In this document: positions 59,442 to 64,000 of the stretch, piece after piece | How positions within the stretch are numbered: position 1 is the stretch's first letter | Layout: every line of letters starts with the position of its first letter | Source: Callorhinchus milii | Lineage: Eukaryota | Direction of reading: 5' to 3' | Assembly: GCF_018977255.1 (NCBI RefSeq) | Contig: NW_024704743.1 | Location: forward strand, 41,356,001 to 41,420,000 | DNA length: 64,000 bases | Translations under genes and position numbers: made by a program | Notes under the pieces: model-generated | Told to the model about the DNA's origin: nothing | What the model saw: the letters and a program-made list of their open reading frames with translations, nothing else | Database searches by the model: none

Positions 59442-60989
59442 TCCTATATATCTTTGTGCCCGGCTACAAGAGTGGCATGCGGCAATAAGGAAATGATTTC
59501 TTGTGTGCTAGAAATGTTTTTGTGGAGCTGTTGTGGTTCTTTAACGAAGATTTGTACTGGTAATAATATTGAACGCCATGAAATGATTTCATGTTTGCTG
59601 CAGTTTGGTCAAAACATTAGACAAGAATTGTGGATTATTAACTCATTTAATAATTCATCCTCAGGATTTCAAACTCGACTTACATCTTTCTAACATTTAG
59701 GTGTTCTGAGTTGCTACCCTGCGTGAAGTGTGCTATGTAAATCCAAGTTGTTGTTGGTGGTAGTCAGTCAATATAGCGTGAAGCGTTTTCAAGTTCCTAC
59801 ATTTTCAAACAAATTTAAACAGTAAAACAAATGCAAAATAATTTACACAAATTGAATTTAACCTTTAAATATGTGGAAGAACTATGCAAGACCTTGTTGT
59901 GCATAACCGCAATCACCTTGCAACTTGAATCACCTTTATGTAACTAAAGCTGTGTGACTAGCATCGTGGAGAGGTACACAGTGGTTTGCAGTGCTCCATG
60001 CTGGAGCAGGCTTAGTGTCCCAAATGACCTTCTCTTGTTCTCTGAAATTCCCATGTAATCCTATGTAAAATTGCCTTGTCCTTCATTTGAAGAAAACAGG
60101 TGAATTTTATACAGTTCAGTTTAAATGAGTAGAAAAAAAGGCTGTTGACGATTTGCTTTCCTGTTATTGCACCTAGCTTCTGCTGGCAAGATGAACTGCA
60201 ACAGGAGCCAAACCAGGTGTCAGCCTTTGGCTCTAAACATAATTATGAAGCTACTTTGAATCAAATCACATTCACTTTTTGGCTTTATTGTGCCTCCCAA
60301 TGGAAAAGCTGACCTTTTTGCTGCAGAAAAAACTGAAACTGAAAATGTTCCTGTTGTCTCCAAGATAACAACTACTTATTCATCTTATAAATACGAAATA
60401 CCCCTCAGTGTTTTGCCTCACTCGCAAGGAGGGAGGGATGTACAAGTAATCAGCACAATTTCCCCCAGAGGCTTTGGCTTTGATCCAAAATGAAGCTTAC
60501 TGCAATGAATAGTATGTTATTCCATTGGGGGTCATTTCAACAACCTTCTCGCTTTTGCACACAAGTGAAAATTGCAGTGGGAACCAAAATTGGCTTCATG
60601 ATTCTTACCCATCTGAGCAAACTAGATTGTGAAATACAAGACTGAGACTACATTGAAGTGAGGATCAGTATCTTTTGAATTACAGTAACACTGGTCACCT
60701 ATCTTCACGATTCGCAAACATGATTCAATAAATTAAATGGGACTTTTAGTTAATTATAGTAGTGTGAAATTCATGATCCATAGATGGCAAATCCAAGTTT
60801 GAGACAAAATATGGTGAGCATAATGCTTTAAGGAATCAACAGAATACATTTATACAGCGCCTTTCACATCGGGAAGAAGAAATTGTCCTTTATTTAGACC
60901 CTGCCAACTTGAGATTCATGATTCACCAGCTGGGAATTCTGCAATCCAATTCCACCAACTGGAAATCACAAAATAACACAATAAATTCC

Positions 60990-61325
60990 ATCTGGCTCAG
61001 TTATTAGCCTCTCACGCCTGAGTCAGAAGGATATGGGTTTAAGCCTAAATTGGGATTTTAAACATACAGTTCAATTTCACACTCCAATACAATGCTCAGG
61101 GATATGCTGCATTGTCAGAGGTGCTGTCCTTCAGAGGAGTTGATAAACAGAGGTCCCACCTTCCTATTCAGGTGAACATTAAAGATCCTGTGGCACTATT
61201 TGAAAAGAGAGCAGAGAATCTCCTGATATCCTGGCCAACTATCCCCCAAATAAAATTGGTCATTCACTTTGTGGGACATTGCTGTGCACAAATTGGCTGC
61301 CATGTTTGCCTACAAAATACACAGT
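60990..61325 (+). mobile_element. DeuSINE
   Basis: GGCTCAG...CTGAGTCAGAAGG...AAAGATCCTGTGGCACTATTTGAA...CACAAATTGGCTGCC. Confidence 0.85.
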
Positions 61326-61924
61326 TCAAAGATCAAGGAAGCAAGGTAGACATTATCACTGAGAAGAATGCTAACAATAATAATATAATAATGATATAGC
61401 ACCCTTCAGGTTCAGAGGATGTCTCAAAGCGCTTCACATGGTATGCTGTAAGTCTAATCACTGTATTTTGTAGGCAAATGGGAATCCATATCTGGGAACC
61501 TGTATGAGCAGTCAAAGGAATTGTGAGAAAAAGGATAGAAATGCTTCAGGTAGACGAAGTTGTACATTTGGTTGGCATTAAGATTTCTGGCAAAATATAG
61601 TGGGTGACTGAATCACGCTAGATAAAGACACAGCAGCAGCACTGGAGAAACAGCCAAGAAAAGAGCTTTAATAATTGAAAAAGAAATGTCAGGAATTTTG
61701 CATGTCAATGAAGGATGCCAATACCGTTAAAACAGAAACAGGTAAAGGTTGAGACGAATCAGATTGGGCCAGCAGTGGGAATATTAGAACACTAGGTTTA
61801 TTAAATGGAGAATCACATTCCCAATTCAAGTGCCAATAAATTGTTGTTATGCTTCCCTGATTTACAAATTTTGAGCTCTTTTTTTCTGTGGAAGGAAAGT
61901 AAGCTGGAAGGTGTAGCATGCTGC

Positions 61925-62112
61925 TGTCTCAGTTGGTAATATTCTGAGTGAGAAGTTTGTGGGTTCAAGCCCCATATCAGGACTTTGAGTGCAATGTCTA
62001 GGCTGATACTCCAATGCAGTGCTGGGGAAACACTTTGATGGAGGTAACATCCTTTAGATGAGACATTAAGCTGAGGTCCCATCTGCCTGTTCAGGTGGTC
62101 ATTAAAAATCCG
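61925..62112 (+). mobile_element. DeuSINE 5' half
   Basis: CTCAGTTGGTA...GTGGGTTCAAGCCCC...GATGAGACATTAAGCTGAGG. Confidence 0.8.
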
Positions 62113-62270
62113 ATGACAATAAAGAGTAAGGTGTTTTGAATGTGAGGACAAGGATCTTGAATTCGATTCACTGGGGGATAAGGAGATATTGGAACTGAGT
62201 GAAGATGGGGGTGATGAGCTCACAGAGCCTGATGAAGAGAGTACTCAGGCTGCAGACCTGCACATTTGTT

Positions 62271-62315
62271 TCGTCACTTCGTTGTGACGATATAATATAA
62301 TATAATATAATATAA
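62271..62315 (+). repeat. 7-bp stem hairpin followed by (TATAA)5
   Basis: TCGTCAC-TTCGTT-GTGACGA then TATAA five times. Confidence 0.7.
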
Positions 62316-63391
62316 ATCTCACCCTAGATCAGATGCAATTGTGCAATGTAATGATTTGTTTGTGGATGGAGAATCAGCATACAAGTTTTGTACAGTGCAG
62401 AATACATGATGCATTTTTTTCTGCTATCAGCTCATACCCAGTGAGCCTTGTGACCAACACTGCGGAGTAATAAGAATAATTTGGACATATTGTCAACAAG
62501 CTGCTTATTACCATAATATCAGGACAACGCATAATAGCCAAATCCAATGACTTACCATCGACGGATATAAAGCCCCTGATGCTTTTTCTCTACTTGAAAG
62601 AATACAAGAAACTCCACCATATGACTAACACACAATTTGAAAATAAAATGGGATTTTTGGATCCCACCCCCAGTTCAGTATTATCAAGTGTTTGGAGATG
62701 TCCTCCCGGTGTGAAAGCTGCAATATAAATGCAAATTGTATTGTCTGTTGCTTGTGGAAGATTAGTTTAACTCAGTTAAACTGGTCCATCTGATGGTGCC
62801 ATAAACTGTGAGAAGTTGATGCTAAACCTCCATTTCATGTGAGAGCTTGTAAATACCTGTCATTTATCCCCAATAATAATATATATGCAGAAATAGAGGC
62901 AATGTGATGCTAACATCAGTGATGATTTTTCATGGCCTTTTATCTGCTCTGGCTGAGTGATGTATTTTTTGGGATCAGACAAAGAACTACATGGAATATG
63001 TCCAATAGGTGATAGAATATCCACAAGTAAAAATTGAAATCGAGCCAATAACTGTCTGAAATATAATGGACATTAAAAACAAACAGAAATTTACACGTAA
63101 AAAATTGAACTTCTGTGCACGATCACAAATAGCCTACAGAATTAAAGGTTAGTGGGGATAAATGGTTGGTATTTATGAGCTCTCTCACTCAATGGAAGCT
63201 CAGCACAGTTTATGGCACCGTCTAAAACCCTCGATTGTGTTAGTGCCATATTTTTCATTTAAGGGTTCCATTTGACTTACAATGACAGGAACACAAGTAA
63301 TTCTGGAATTCATGCAGGAACAAAAAGAAAGGCTTGTCAACAGTTTGGCCATTAGTCCTTCATTACTGATTTGAAGCAAAAGAGGAGAGAA

Positions 63392-63620
63392 ATAATAATA
63401 ATAATCCTTCCATTTGACATAGCACTTTATCTTGTCTTCGAGATATCTCAAAGTACTTCACAGAATATACTGTAAAGTGAATTGACCGTATATTTTGTGG
63501 GCGAAACGCGGCAGCCAATTGCAGACAGCAGTGTCCCACAAACAGTCCTGGATTGAGTATTTTATTTTTATTTTATTATTTTATTTTATTTTTATTTTAT
63601 TTTAAATTATTAGTATTTTA
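63392..63620 (-). mobile_element. Young SINE 3' half followed by (TTTTA)n
   Basis: (ATA)nTCCTTCCATTTGACATAG...CCCACAAACAGTCCTGGATTGAG. Confidence 0.85.
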
Positions 63621-63699
63621 TTTTTTACATTTATTTTTTAAATACGTGAAAAGTCTTAGCCAATACAAAGTTGTAGTTTGCAAATGTACACCATTTTAA

Positions 63700-63990
63700 A
63701 TGGGGTTGAAAAAGTAAACCCAGATCAATATTTTAGGATATATCATGAGAGTATAACAAGACAACTTAGGTTTAGGTAAAGAGCAATTTCAGGACAGATA
63801 CCAAGATTTTTTTTTCTTCATGCAGAAAGTAATCAAAAACTGGAACAGTTTGCCAGGAAAGGTGGTAGAGACGAGGACACAAGAACCATTTAAAAAACAG
63901 CTTGATGGAGTGATGGAAGGATAGTAGGGTGGATGTTCTGGAGAGGTGAGAAGGGTCTTGTTCATCCAGACTAATCTTGTGATCTTATAA
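63700..63990 (+). mobile_element. CR1 3' end
   Basis: FFMQKVIKNWNSLPGKVVE...FKKQLD and tail. Confidence 0.85.
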
Positions 63991-64000
63991 ATATTTTCTG

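Noticed and set aside
62229..62251. CTGATGA as a hammerhead core (also near 19182 and 26520)
   Set aside because: No GAAA box or stem III follows.
1..64000. A novel multi-gene biological system
   Set aside because: No intact long ORF, gene cluster or array is present; the content is explained by vertebrate repeats and putative regulatory DNA.

Overview
This window is eukaryotic, AT-rich and almost entirely non-coding. The repeat families point to a cartilaginous fish, most plausibly a chimaera/elephant-shark-like genome (inference from SINE/LINE types only). I recognise no host protein-coding gene, RNA gene, CRISPR array or prokaryotic system, and nearly all track ORFs are spurious or retroelement relics. 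It contains: (1) a young tRNA-headed SINE ending in ...GCGCTATATCAAATGCAAGG(ATT)n, in long and internally deleted short forms; (2) many older SacSINE1-like DeuSINEs; (3) L2 and CR1 LINE fragments, including a 1.8-kb L2 RT remnant, with clear nesting; (4) two LF-SINE-like relics; (5) Penelope-type terminal repeats, one with a CpG-decayed minimal hammerhead ribozyme; (6) fold-back MITE-like elements with GGGG-type ends; and (7) repeat-free blocks rich in homeobox/TALE motifs that resemble conserved non-coding enhancers in a gene desert or large intron. Two phase-compatible candidate exons (50632-50811 and a 30-nt microexon at 57342-57371) are the best hint of a transcript. I find no convincing new multi-gene system. 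Repeat boundaries are approximate and were read by eye.
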